A stretch of 64,000 nt of DNA from Candidatus Binatia bacterium (GCA_963664015.2 CAXXLF010000002.1:384001-448000), one strand, 5' to 3'. Shown: positions 10,284-19,944, counted from the stretch's first letter. The notes: generated by a model not told the origin, from the letters alone. Numbers and translations are program-made.

Positions 10284-10312
10284 GAAAGGGGCGGCATAAA
10301 GCCGCCCCTTTC
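10284..10312 (-). terminator. Rho-independent terminator between convergent genes
   Basis: GAAAGGGGCGGC-ATAAA-GCCGCCCCTTTC perfect 12-bp inverted repeat, T-rich on the minus strand. Confidence 0.8.
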
Positions 10313-10345
10313 AGATCGCGAAGAAGAAGGAAGAAGAAGGCTAAA

Positions 10346-10648
10346 CTACTTCCTGATGGCGATCTTACTCGCAGTCTTGCGCTCCTCGTTCTCGTCGAAA
10401 GTCACGTTAACTCGCTGCCCTTCCGCGAGCTCGGAACGATCGCTGGCACCCTCTAAAGGGGAACCACGGCCGCTGACCCGGACATTCACTTCCTTACCGT
10501 CTCTCTTCCGGAGCGTGATGGATCTCCCATCATTCTCAACCTTTGCGATTCTGCCCCGAAAGTCTTCCGCCAGGACCGAACCGACCAGGGACAGTGTAAA
10601 CAACCCCAGCGCAAACAAACTTGATAGCTTTTTAACCATTGTTTTCAC
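10346..10648 (-). CDS. Small exported protein, OB-fold-like (start may be 10639)
   Basis: Signal peptide, then FRGRIAKV...SITL...LAEGQRVNVTF; purine-rich RBS upstream. Confidence 0.65.
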   Translation of the reverse strand: MKTMVKKLSSLFALGLFTLSLVGSVLAEDFRGRIAKVENDGRSITLRKRDGKEVNVRVSGRGSPLEGASDRSELAEGQRVNVTFDENEERKTASKIAIRK

Positions 10649-10878
10649 TCCCCCTTTCCGCTTAAATTAGTATCGGAGGCTTTACTACGTCCCCAGAACG
10701 ATGTCAAGCAGGAGGGATAGAAACCGGAAGGTGACTGACTCATAATATCTTATGTAGATTATTGAGATAGTGCATATATATCTAGTTCTAATAATGAAAA
10801 ATGAATATTAATTTAGTCAAATTTTGCCACCCCACCTAGGCTACACATGCTGAAGAGCCACGGCTGAAGCTAAATTCT

Positions 10879-11997
10879 ATGATAGCTGACCATGCCGAGA
10901 CCGTAGGCAGTCTTCTGCGCCCTGATTGGTTGCTAAACGACCGCAAGGACCTGTCTGCGGGTATTATCAACGAAGGTAGGCAGGCTAGATTCAAGGAAAT
11001 TGAGAATCGCGCGGTCGATGAGGCCATCCGGCTCCAGGAAACGGCGGGACTGGCGATTGTTACCGACGGCGAGATGCGCCGATTGTCCTTCCAGGGTCAG
11101 ATGGTGGAGGCCGTGAACGGATTTGGCGAGTATGATATCGACGCTTTCCTGTGGGGGGAATGGCAAGGTGATAGAGATGTCGGCCACTGGAACCTGGAGC
11201 GTCCCCACACACTGGGAGTCGTCAATAAGTTGGCTCCCAAACGCTACCTATCCGTCGACGAGTTCACCTATTTGCGCGACCGAACTACACGAATACCCAA
11301 GATTACACTGCCAAGCCCGAGCCTCTTTGCCAACTTCTGGTCCGAGGAGCGCTCCAGGAATATCTACCCGACACTGGATTCTTTCCTGGCCGATATCGTC
11401 CGTATCCTCCAAAGCGAGGTCGCCGAGCTCACTCGCGTTGGGGCCACCTATATTCAGCTGGATGCGCCCCACTATTGCCAGCTCCTAAATCCCAGGACCC
11501 GGACCTTCTACGAGTCTCGAGGCTGGAGCATGGACCGATGGTTGAGGAAAGGAATCGAGCTGGACAATGCCGTAATCGACCACGCCCCATCAGTCACCTT
11601 CGGCTTTCACCTGTGACGGGGCAACCAGGGCAGCCGGTGGCTGTCCGAGGGAGGCTACGACGTAATCGCGAAAGAAGTATTTTCAGGAGTCCGGGCCCAG
11701 CGACTCTTGCTCGAATTCGATGACCCGCGTTCCGGCTCCTTCGAACCGCTGAAAGAAGTCACCGAGGAGAAAACGGTTGTCTTGGGGCTAGTTTCTACCA
11801 AACGGCATCTGCTGGAGAGCCAAACGGATCTTATCCAGCGAATCCAAGCCGCTGCCCGATTCCTACCCCTCGATCGGCTAGCTTTGAGTCCACAATGCGG
11901 CTTTGCAAGTTCGGTGATGGGTAATCGCATCTCGATCACGGATCAGTTAAAGAAGCTCCGCCGGGTTGTGGAAACGGCCCGGGCGGTCTGGGGCTAA
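10879..11997 (+). CDS. Cobalamin-independent methionine synthase II-family (MetE C-terminal-like) protein, probable selenoprotein, 372 aa with UGA readthrough
   Basis: ORFs 10879-11616 and 11707-11997 share one frame. Motifs VGSLLRP, TDGEMRR, KITLPSPS, YIQLDAP, GFHL[TGA]RGN, LLEFD, LSPQCGFAS. The TGA at 11614-11616 occupies the Zn-ligand Cys position. Confidence 0.85.
11628..11646 (+). promoter_or_regulatory. Candidate bacterial SECIS hairpin
   Basis: GGGCAGCC-GGT-GGCTGTCC: 8-bp stem with one G-U pair and an apical GGU, starting 11 nt after the in-frame UGA. Confidence 0.7.
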
Positions 11998-12106
11998 CCC
12001 GTTGTCATCCCTCAGCTACAATGGTAAATAGCGGGGATCGACAGTCATTTTTTGATGTGATCCGCATTCGTACAATTCAAGGCACCAACACAAAGGAGGT
12101 CTCCCC

Positions 12107-12775
12107 ATGGCAAGCCAAGAATTCATCGACTCTCTGCTAAAAGACATCATTCACCCGGGGGTCGAGCGTCTTATGGAGACACGCTTTTTCTCCGAGTTGA
12201 GAGAAGGAAAACTATCCGTCAAGAGACTACAGGGATTTGCCTTGCAGCATTACCTGCACAACGAATCCATCAACAGGGGGTTCGCCCTCTGCATAGTGAA
12301 AAATGCCCATATCCCCGACCTCTATGAACACTTTGCCCATCAGTTTCTCGAAGAGTATCACCACCCCAATCTGGCCAAACGCTTTGGGCTGGGGCTGGGG
12401 CTCAAGGAGGAAGACTTTAAACAAATCACCCCGGTCTTTGAGTGCCTCGCGCATACAAGCGCAGTCCTACGGGGGATGCTACTCGGCGCTGCAGGAGAGA
12501 ACCGGACCGGTGCCCTGGTCAACGAAACCATGGTCTGCCGCTATTCTACCGAATTCAACAGTTGTCTACACAAGCACTACCATCTTTCCAGTGATGACTG
12601 CCAATTTTTCGTGGTCCACGCCGTGGCGGACATCGAACATATCAGGCTGAACGCAGAAGTCATCGCCCGTTACGTTCAGACCCCCTGGGAAGAAGAAGCG
12701 TCCGTCGCGTGCGCAAAGAATATGGTTCGCTTCAAAATCGCCAAGTTCGACGGCATCTACGAAAGCTACGCTTAG
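12107..12775 (+). CDS. Heme-oxygenase-like diiron enzyme (PqqC/TenA/CADD-like)
   Basis: EEYHHP, E in NETMV and FFVVHAVADIEH give a metal-ligand pattern; strong AGGAGG RBS. Confidence 0.75.
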   Translation: MASQEFIDSLLKDIIHPGVERLMETRFFSELREGKLSVKRLQGFALQHYLHNESINRGFALCIVKNAHIPDLYEHFAHQFLEEYHHPNLAKRFGLGLGLKEEDFKQITPVFECLAHTSAVLRGMLLGAAGENRTGALVNETMVCRYSTEFNSCLHKHYHLSSDDCQFFVVHAVADIEHIRLNAEVIARYVQTPWEEEASVACAKNMVRFKIAKFDGIYESYA

Positions 12776-12780
12776 AGAGC

Positions 12781-13105
12781 GTGGGGAATAGTCAATGGAG
12801 ATCGGAGATCATAAGTTAGAGATCAGACAGAGACAGGGACAGAAGTCGGAAGTCGGTTCGGATAAAGAATATTTCGCATACCCTTCGACCCATCGACAGG
12901 ATCAGGGTCCCGAGCGAAGTCGAGGGAAAGACGCAAAGGACACCAAGGTCGGAGGATGGAGGATAGAAGATCGAGGATTTGGGATTTTCAATTGAAGATT
13001 AAAGATCGAGGAGAGCGAATAGCCAAAAGTGACTCGTTACTGGTTATTTTGTACCCGATAACTCAATGAACTCAAGCAACTCAAAAGTCCCAACGAACTC
13101 AGGCC
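12781..13105. repeat. Intergenic modular tandem-repeat element with a nested REP-like palindrome (12881-12926)
   Basis: Reverse-complement match to 2530-2600 (GTCGGTTCGGATAAAGAATAT...AAAGACGCAAAGGACACCAAGGTCGGAGGATGG) and to 21270-21335. Confidence 0.75.
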
Positions 13106-13165
13106 GTTTCTATCCATTCACCCGTTCTGAGTCGATCGGCTACGCGTAAATCCATCGGCGGGAAT

Positions 13166-14195
13166 CTAACTCTCAGCCTGCGTGAACAGCTTGGACAAAT
13201 GATGCCAAGGAGTCGGCGACACTCGGGCTACGCCAAGGTTTTCCTCGATGTGAACGATCTGCTTCATCTCCACCAGAGCTATTGTAACCCCCGGGGCCGA
13301 GCGAACGAACTGAAGAGCGCGCTGGACATCACTGAGAGTCCCAACTTTTGCGCCGCCTCCACGGTGGTCAACATCTCCCCCTCAACGAGTGGTTCCTGAG
13401 GGGCAAGGCCTGCTCCATGCCGAGATTCAAAGGCAACTGAATGACCTTGAAATGGTGATCGTCCCCGCCGACTTTCCGCGCGATGGCAATGACATCCTCC
13501 AGGGAAAGGTAGTCTTTGGCGCCAGGGTCGTTACGGTAGCCGTTCCAGGTTGCGGTCCCGTACATACGGATATTACTCGCCGATACGGCTTCTTCCGATG
13601 CCTCAAAAGCGGTCTGGAGACGCCAATTGAATTCACTACGCGGGACCTCTGCCAGCTGGGATTCAGGATTGTGGACGTAGTAGAAGTCGATACACTGAAC
13701 CGATAGGTTTCTCAGGCTGTAGTCGAGTTGATCCAAAAGGTAAGCGGGCATCATACAGTGGCAGCCGGAAACGATGTCACCGGCTTTGACGATACCCGGC
13801 TCTATAAACATCTTTAGAAAATAGCTACGGACATCGTCCGGTGGCGCCCCATCAAAAGGGATAAAGCCCCCTTTGGTCGCCAGGACGATTTCGCTACGCG
13901 GGACACCGTTGCGGGCCAACTCCTTCAATGCAGCCCCGATGGCACGCTCGCTCCTCTGGAAGCGATAGTTGATGGCGCTATCGATGACGTTGCCACCAGA
14001 TTGGACGGTGCGAACGACAGCCTATCGATAGAGATCATCGGTATCGTCGTCGTGGCCTCCCAGGTAGGTCCCGATCCCGATGGAAGAGATCCAGAGGCCC
14101 TGCTCGTTATGGAAGTGTCCCTCGGCAACCTGATTCCTGAAGCGATCCCGGTATCCGGCGGTCCCTTCTTCCGTCGCCCAGGTCTACTGATTCAT
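13166..14195 (-). pseudogene. Aldo/keto reductase pseudogene
   Basis: ISSIGIGTYLG, IDSAINYRFQRSER, ATKGG, YVHNPE; two in-frame TAGs near the 5' end and a frameshift near 13380. Confidence 0.85.
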
Positions 14196-14215
14196 GAGTT
14201 AGTCCAGAGGAAGGA

Positions 14216-14983
14216 TTAAAAGGAGTCCTTGAGCTCGCGAACCTGGGCAAACACGGAGACAGGTTCCATAGACAGGTTCGGAAATTGATTCTTGAGGTTT
14301 TGCTGAATCTCTTGACTATCCCAGCGGAGAAACGGGTTGGTCTCCCTCTCCTCCTTCATAGGAGAAGGGACCGTGGACAACCCTTTATCCCTGAGGGAGT
14401 TGGCCTTTTGCAATTTTTCTGTAAGATTCTTGTTATTGGGCTCAATGGAAACGGCAAATTTGAGGTTGTTCACCGTGTACTCGTGTCCGCAATGAACCAG
14501 AGTATCCGAAGGAAGTCCGCTCAATTTAGCCAAGGAATTCTGCATCTGCTCGGGTGTCCCCTCAAAGAGCCGCCCGCAACCGGCCACGAAAAGCGTGTCC
14601 CCGCAAAACACGTTTCCTGGAAACACATAAGCGATATGCCCCTTCGTATGGCCTGGAATAAAAAGGATCTCGGCTTCGAGTTCACCCACACGAACACGGT
14701 CGCCTTCGTCAAGGGGATGGGAGAGTCCGTGAATCCGGTCCTTATCGACTATACCTCCGTATACCTCGAGAGAAAATTTCTCCAGCAATCCGAGATTGCC
14801 GCCGATGTGATCCCAATGATGGTGGGTATTGAGAATGGCAACGAGGTCGACTCCCTCCTGGCAAAGCTTTTCCAACACCGGTTCGCTCTCGGACGGATCA
14901 ACCACAGCGGCCTTGTTGGTATTTTCACAAATAATAAGATAGGCGTAATTGTCTTTGAGACAGGGGACCTGTACTACTTTCAT
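14216..14983 (-). CDS. gloB: Hydroxyacylglutathione hydrolase (glyoxalase II)
   Basis: THHHWDHIGG, PGHTKGH, FCGDTLFVAGCGRLFEG, CGHEYT, ETNPFLR. Confidence 0.95.
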   Translation of the reverse strand: MKVVQVPCLKDNYAYLIICENTNKAAVVDPSESEPVLEKLCQEGVDLVAILNTHHHWDHIGGNLGLLEKFSLEVYGGIVDKDRIHGLSHPLDEGDRVRVGELEAEILFIPGHTKGHIAYVFPGNVFCGDTLFVAGCGRLFEGTPEQMQNSLAKLSGLPSDTLVHCGHEYTVNNLKFAVSIEPNNKNLTEKLQKANSLRDKGLSTVPSPMKEERETNPFLRWDSQEIQQNLKNQFPNLSMEPVSVFAQVRELKDSF

Positions 14984-15019
14984 GCCTAAGGTTTATAGCA
15001 AAACTGACCGAAAAGGCTA

Positions 15020-15150
15020 GAAGGCTGGAGACCAGGATACCAGAGAGCCCGATGACCACTAACTAATGACCTCTCACTGCCGACCTCTGCCTCCTATCCT
15101 CGGTCCTCAATCATCAATCCTCGATCTTCTGGCCTCTATCTTCTATTTTC
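15020..15150. repeat. Heptamer tandem-repeat tract
   Basis: ACCAGGAT/ACCAGAG, CTAATGA, TCCTCGG/TCCTCAA/TCATCAA/TCCTCGA, TCTATCT/TCTATTT. Confidence 0.6.
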
Positions 15151-15188
15151 CATTGACGAACACCTCCTCTTTCAAATAAAGTGCCCCC

Positions 15189-16376
15189 ATGCTTCGCGTC
15201 GGTGTCGGTCATTCGACCGCAACTTCTACGAGTCGAGCTGTTGAAGAGGCCACCGGTGCAGCCATGGCCGGCGCCGGAATTAAACAGGCCGATCTTGCCC
15301 TGGCCTTTTTCACAGCCAATCATATCGATCAGGGGAAAGAGCTCACCTCGGGCCTAAGCCGTATGGCTCAGACAGACCGGACCGTCGGCTGCAGCTCGGT
15401 GGGCATCCTGACGATTGAAGGGGAAGTCGAGAAGGGTTCAGGGCTGGCCGTTATGGTTCTGTCTTCGGACAGTTTAAAGGCCACCCCTTTTCTCTTTCAT
15501 CCTATCAGAAATCGCGAGCAGGAAGTGGGAAAAGCTATCGCGACCACTATGCGATCCGAGTCGGACGATAACTCCCATCTGATCCTGCTCCCGGATCCAT
15601 ACACCGGACGGCCGGCCTCAATCATCAACCAGGTGGAGGAAGAGTTCGGCCCAGTGCCGGTGCTGGGAGCAGGCTGTTCGGAAGATGGCAGTCACGGTAA
15701 AACCTTCCAGTTTTACGGTGACCGTATCACAGACAATGGAATTGCCGGGCTCGTTCTCAACGGTTCCTTGGAAAGCTCCATCGACATCACCCAGGGATGC
15801 CAGCCGGTAGGTCGCCCAATGGTTATTACCAAGGCACAGGGAAATTTTATCTTGGAGATCGACAACCGGCCCTCCATCGAGGTCTTCACCAGCACGATCA
15901 AAGGCCCCCTCCTCGAGGACATTCGCCGCGCTCTCTCGGTAGTCTTTATAGGGCTGCCGTCGGATCCTGAAGAGAACAATGTTGGGCCGGGCCATTATGT
16001 GGTACGGAACATTATCGGGCTGGATTCTGAGAAAGGAATTTTGGCGGTAAGCGACCAGGTTCATGAAGGCGAGTCGATGATCTTTACGCTGCGGGAAGGC
16101 CAGAGAGCCAGAGAAGACCTCGACCAGATGTTGCAACGGCAAAAAGAGAGCTTGGGAAAGAAAAAACCGGCGCTGGGCCTATACTTTAACTGTTGCGCCC
16201 GCGGGTCATCGCTCTACGGGTTGTCCGGGATCGATACGGCTTACATCCGTCGCGCCTTAGGGGACTTCCCCCTGATCGGCATGTTCGGCAATTTCGAGTT
16301 AGGCCCCGTGGGGGGGGGAAACCAGCTCCTGGCGTACACTGGGGTGCTTGCGCTCTTTACGGAACGGCAACACTGA
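15189..16376 (+). CDS. FIST signal-transduction domain protein
   Basis: VGCSSVG, TQGCQPVG, YFNCCARG, GMFGNFELGP. Confidence 0.9.
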   Translation: MLRVGVGHSTATSTSRAVEEATGAAMAGAGIKQADLALAFFTANHIDQGKELTSGLSRMAQTDRTVGCSSVGILTIEGEVEKGSGLAVMVLSSDSLKATPFLFHPIRNREQEVGKAIATTMRSESDDNSHLILLPDPYTGRPASIINQVEEEFGPVPVLGAGCSEDGSHGKTFQFYGDRITDNGIAGLVLNGSLESSIDITQGCQPVGRPMVITKAQGNFILEIDNRPSIEVFTSTIKGPLLEDIRRALSVVFIGLPSDPEENNVGPGHYVVRNIIGLDSEKGILAVSDQVHEGESMIFTLREGQRAREDLDQMLQRQKESLGKKKPALGLYFNCCARGSSLYGLSGIDTAYIRRALGDFPLIGMFGNFELGPVGGGNQLLAYTGVLALFTERQH

Positions 16377-16571
16377 AACGGGGTCAGAGAGAGATAGAGA
16401 CAGAGCGTCAGTAAAACCTAACAAGACCCTGTATCACTAATGTTTCTTAAAACTCTACTTAAACCGTTGGTAACGAAACAATAAGAATTGGGATAGGGAG
16501 AGGGTAGTGTGGACAAAGAGAAAAAAGAATTTCTCTGTCTCAAATCTCTGTCTCCCTTCGTCTCTGTATTT

Positions 16572-18401
16572 TCAGTTTCGCCCTATGCGTTTGCGCTTGT
16601 TGGATAGGTAGTCGACAACGATGTAGTTGCCGATCTGGTTGGCCGAAGTGTAGAAGACCCGACCCACGTTGAGCCGGGTAAGCTGGTCTACGAAACCTCT
16701 TCGATAGAAGTCGGTGCCCAGCATGAAGGTATTGATCTTGATCCCACTCTGCGTACAACGCCGGACCTCTTTCAAGGTCTCGCGTACGATGCGTTCGTGT
16801 AGCAGCGCGGAGCCCCAGCCACTGTGAATTCGACCTCCCTGGTCGAGACTTGCCGCCGTGGGTTCGCCGTCGGTAATCAGGATGATCTGCCGGTTGGCCG
16901 CCTTCTGCGAACCTAGCATGTGACGGGCATACCGCAAAGCCTCTTTGATGTCGGTTCCATGCTCCATAAAATAGGTGATGGCCACGATAGACGGCAGGTC
17001 CTCGGGGCGGATCTCCTTGGCATTGGATCGAAAGGCCACCAGGTGCAGAACGTCTTGGGGAAACTTGGTCTCGATAAGCCGCTGCAGGGCAAGGGCGACC
17101 TTTTTCCCTGCGTGCAGGGTGTCATTCATCAGCATTGAATAGCTGACATCGATCAGGAGTACCGTCTCCGTATCGGTGGAGAATTCATGACGGTGCACGG
17201 AGAAGTCGTTTGGAGCCACCTGAATCGGGACCCCTTGGCCTCCTCCCTTTACCGCATTCATCAGGGTCTCACTGATCTTTACATTTAAAGGGTCCCCGTA
17301 ACTGTACAACTTGGTCTCTTCCAGTCGTTCGCCTTGCTGCCCCCGCTGGTGAACATTGTGGCTGCCCCAACGATTCTTGTTGAGTACTTGAAATATCTCT
17401 CTCAAAGCCTTGTCGCCGATTTTTCTCATGCCCTTGGGGCTCAGCTTCAGGCCGTCGCCTGAGCGCATCAGGTAGCCCTCCTCCACCATCATCTGCTCGA
17501 CACCCTTCAGATATTTGAGGTGTTCGTAGGCCTCTTCCCCGAGCAGCTCCCGGACCGCATCCAGGTCCAAGTGGGACAGGTCTCCCAGCCCCCGCTGTCC
17601 CCAGCGCAGGAACTGATCCAGGTTCCTCAGTTGACCCAGGATCTGGCCGGCCTCTCCCATCCCCATTTGCTGGGAGCCACGGAATGGAAACTGGTTCAAA
17701 AGCTGCTCCAGCTGTTCCATCTGGGCCAGGGACTCGCTTAATTGATTGAGTTGCTCCTGCGTCAGGGAATCCAGATTGTCCAGCAGGTTGTCCAGGTCCT
17801 CCACTGCGGCATCCAACATATTAGGCAGATTGTTGAGAAAGTTATCGTCTTCCAGAAGCTTGTTGAGGCGATCGAGCATTTGGTCTAAATCGGGCATGCC
17901 CTGGAGCCCCGAGGATCCGGGCTGCCCCGGCATCCCTCGCTTTGAGATCTGATCCCCCAGCCGGTTTTTGAGTTCCTGGTATCGTTCCTGCGCCTCGCGC
18001 ATCTTGCGAGCCATCTCATCCATGTTCTGAGCGTAACGGCCCGACATGCGCTCCATGAAATTCTTCATCTGCTCATGATAGGCTTCGAGTTTTTCTGACA
18101 GCTTGCTGAGCTTTTCGCTCAACTCTTGAGTTTGCTCGGGGGTGAGCTTGAAGGAATCGGGAGAGTACTTTTGTAGAAGTTCTTTCTTTTTTTCCTCGGC
18201 GTCCCGCAAAAAGTCCCTGAGACCCTTGACCGAACGCAACTCATCATCGGAGATGAGACCGCGCCTCATGAGATCCCTAAGACCCTTGCGCACTCCTCCC
18301 TCATCCAGAAAGCGGTCGGAGAGATGCTTCAGGAGATCCTGGGCAGTTGGAAAGACAACCTGCTGGCTTCCATCCCAATTTGTGTAGCGATGGATCCTCA
18401 C
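16572..18401 (-). CDS. VWA (MIDAS) domain protein with coiled-coil N-terminus
   Basis: RYTNWDGSQ start, LLIDVSYSM MIDAS motif, HGTDI, ILITDGEPT. Confidence 0.85.
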   Translation of the reverse strand: MRIHRYTNWDGSQQVVFPTAQDLLKHLSDRFLDEGGVRKGLRDLMRRGLISDDELRSVKGLRDFLRDAEEKKKELLQKYSPDSFKLTPEQTQELSEKLSKLSEKLEAYHEQMKNFMERMSGRYAQNMDEMARKMREAQERYQELKNRLGDQISKRGMPGQPGSSGLQGMPDLDQMLDRLNKLLEDDNFLNNLPNMLDAAVEDLDNLLDNLDSLTQEQLNQLSESLAQMEQLEQLLNQFPFRGSQQMGMGEAGQILGQLRNLDQFLRWGQRGLGDLSHLDLDAVRELLGEEAYEHLKYLKGVEQMMVEEGYLMRSGDGLKLSPKGMRKIGDKALREIFQVLNKNRWGSHNVHQRGQQGERLEETKLYSYGDPLNVKISETLMNAVKGGGQGVPIQVAPNDFSVHRHEFSTDTETVLLIDVSYSMLMNDTLHAGKKVALALQRLIETKFPQDVLHLVAFRSNAKEIRPEDLPSIVAITYFMEHGTDIKEALRYARHMLGSQKAANRQIILITDGEPTAASLDQGGRIHSGWGSALLHERIVRETLKEVRRCTQSGIKINTFMLGTDFYRRGFVDQLTRLNVGRVFYTSANQIGNYIVVDYLSNKRKRIGRN

Positions 18402-18571
18402 GACAACGATAAATATATCCTACATGCCTTGGTGCATGCAACCCACAAAATGCCCCCCGACCCCTGCCTCACCGGCTATCATTGAGGCCGGTGGAACCTC
18501 ATCAGCCGTGTAGTATGCCAGTAAGAATTAGGGTATATACCGGTAGGCTAAACCAGGGAAAAGGAGGACTT

Positions 18572-18784
18572 ATGAAAGTCACTGTAGATTCGACCCTATG
18601 CGACGGACACGGAAAATGTGTCGAGGTTTCCCCCAAGGTCTTTAAGATGAATGAGCAGTATATTTCGGAGATCATCGATACCCACGGGGACACGGACGAG
18701 AAGATCCTGCTTGCGGCCAAGGTCTGCCCGGCCAAGGCCATCTTCCTTGAAGAAGAGGAGAGCGGAAAGAAAATCTTTCCTTAG
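18572..18784 (+). CDS. Monocluster ferredoxin ([3Fe-4S]-type)
   Basis: CDGHGKC...CPAKAI; AGGAGG RBS before ATG 18572. Confidence 0.88.
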   Translation: MKVTVDSTLCDGHGKCVEVSPKVFKMNEQYISEIIDTHGDTDEKILLAAKVCPAKAIFLEEEESGKKIFP

Positions 18785-18798
18785 AGATATTTCCCCAT

Positions 18799-19923
18799 AT
18801 GACATCCGCCCGTTATGTCATTGTCGGCGGCGGTTTTGCCGGTGCCTCGCTCGCCTATCATCTCGCCGCCAACGGAGCCGAGGGAGTCCTGTTGGTCGAG
18901 CAGGAGAACGTCCCCGGCGTCCATTCCTCCGGGCGTAACGCTTCCATGATACGCCAGGTGATCCCCGACCCGGCCATCGCTTCGCTGGCGAGCCAAGGGG
19001 CCACCTTCCTACGCACCCCCCCCATCCAATGGAAAGCCCCGGTAATCTTTCAGCAAAACGGTTCCCTCCTACTGGCCAGTAACGAGGCCCTTCACAATCT
19101 ACGACGTGATGCGGACCAGGCGCAGCAGAGTGGGATAGAGGTAGAGTTCTGGACTCGGCATATGGCCCAGAGCAGGATCGAGGTCCTCAAGGGCGCCGAC
19201 TTTGAAGGAGCGATTTGGTGTCCTACTGATGGAGTCGTCGATATCCATGCCCTGCTTACCGGCTTTCTCAAGGAAGCCACTTCACTGGGCGTGGAGATTC
19301 GCTATGGCTGTCCTGTACAGAAGATAGATGTTAAAGCGGGCCGGATCACCGGTGTCGTGGCAGGAGGTGAATCGATCAAGACCGAGGTGGTCATCAACGC
19401 CGCTGGAGCCTGGGCGGGGGAAATCGGGCGAATGGCCGCAGCTTCAACCGTACCTTTACACCCTTTACGACGCCACCTCTTTGTAACGCCCCCCCTGCCC
19501 TGGGTGGATCCCGCATGGCCTTTTATATGGGACGTTTCTCACGGATTTTATTTTCGACCCGATTCGGGCGGGTTGCTCTTATGCGCCTGCGATGAGGACG
19601 AGATGCCTCCGGGACTTCCACCAACGGAAGATCCCATCGTGGAGATACTGGCGGATAAGGCCTGGTGCTATTTTCCCGAGCTAGCCAACGTACCCATCAA
19701 GACCTGCTGGGCCGGGCTCAGGACCTTTGCCTCAGATGGTCGATTCGTGATCGGTTGGGACGGGAAGTGTCAGGGCTTTTTCTGGCTTGCCGGACTTGGC
19801 GGCCACGGCGTGACCACCAGCCCCGCCGTCGGCGCGCTGGCAAGCCGGTTGCTGATCCAACGGGATACTAGCGAGGGGAGTGAATTTAGCCCCCAACGAT
19901 TCAACCCTTCCGTACGTCCTTGA
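18799..19923 (+). CDS. FAD-dependent oxidoreductase (DAO/DadA family)
   Basis: VIVGGGFAG, SSGRNAS, NAAGAWA, WAGLRTF, GGHGVTTSPA. Confidence 0.9.
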   Translation: MTSARYVIVGGGFAGASLAYHLAANGAEGVLLVEQENVPGVHSSGRNASMIRQVIPDPAIASLASQGATFLRTPPIQWKAPVIFQQNGSLLLASNEALHNLRRDADQAQQSGIEVEFWTRHMAQSRIEVLKGADFEGAIWCPTDGVVDIHALLTGFLKEATSLGVEIRYGCPVQKIDVKAGRITGVVAGGESIKTEVVINAAGAWAGEIGRMAAASTVPLHPLRRHLFVTPPLPWVDPAWPFIWDVSHGFYFRPDSGGLLLCACDEDEMPPGLPPTEDPIVEILADKAWCYFPELANVPIKTCWAGLRTFASDGRFVIGWDGKCQGFFWLAGLGGHGVTTSPAVGALASRLLIQRDTSEGSEFSPQRFNPSVRP

Positions 19924-19944
19924 TCGAAAACAAAAGCTTCGAAT

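Noticed and set aside
10690-10878. SAM or cobalamin riboswitch upstream of the MetE-like gene
   Set aside because: AT-rich with no recognisable S-box or B12-box consensus by eye; an Rfam scan would be decisive.
12781-13105. Intergenic repeats as a CRISPR array
   Set aside because: No constant 23-47-nt repeat with unique spacers and no cas genes; the units are degenerate 7/9-mers.
13166-14195. In-frame TAGs in the aldo/keto reductase as pyrrolysine or readthrough
   Set aside because: The stops are at non-catalytic positions and the gene also has a frameshift and internal loss; ordinary pseudogene.
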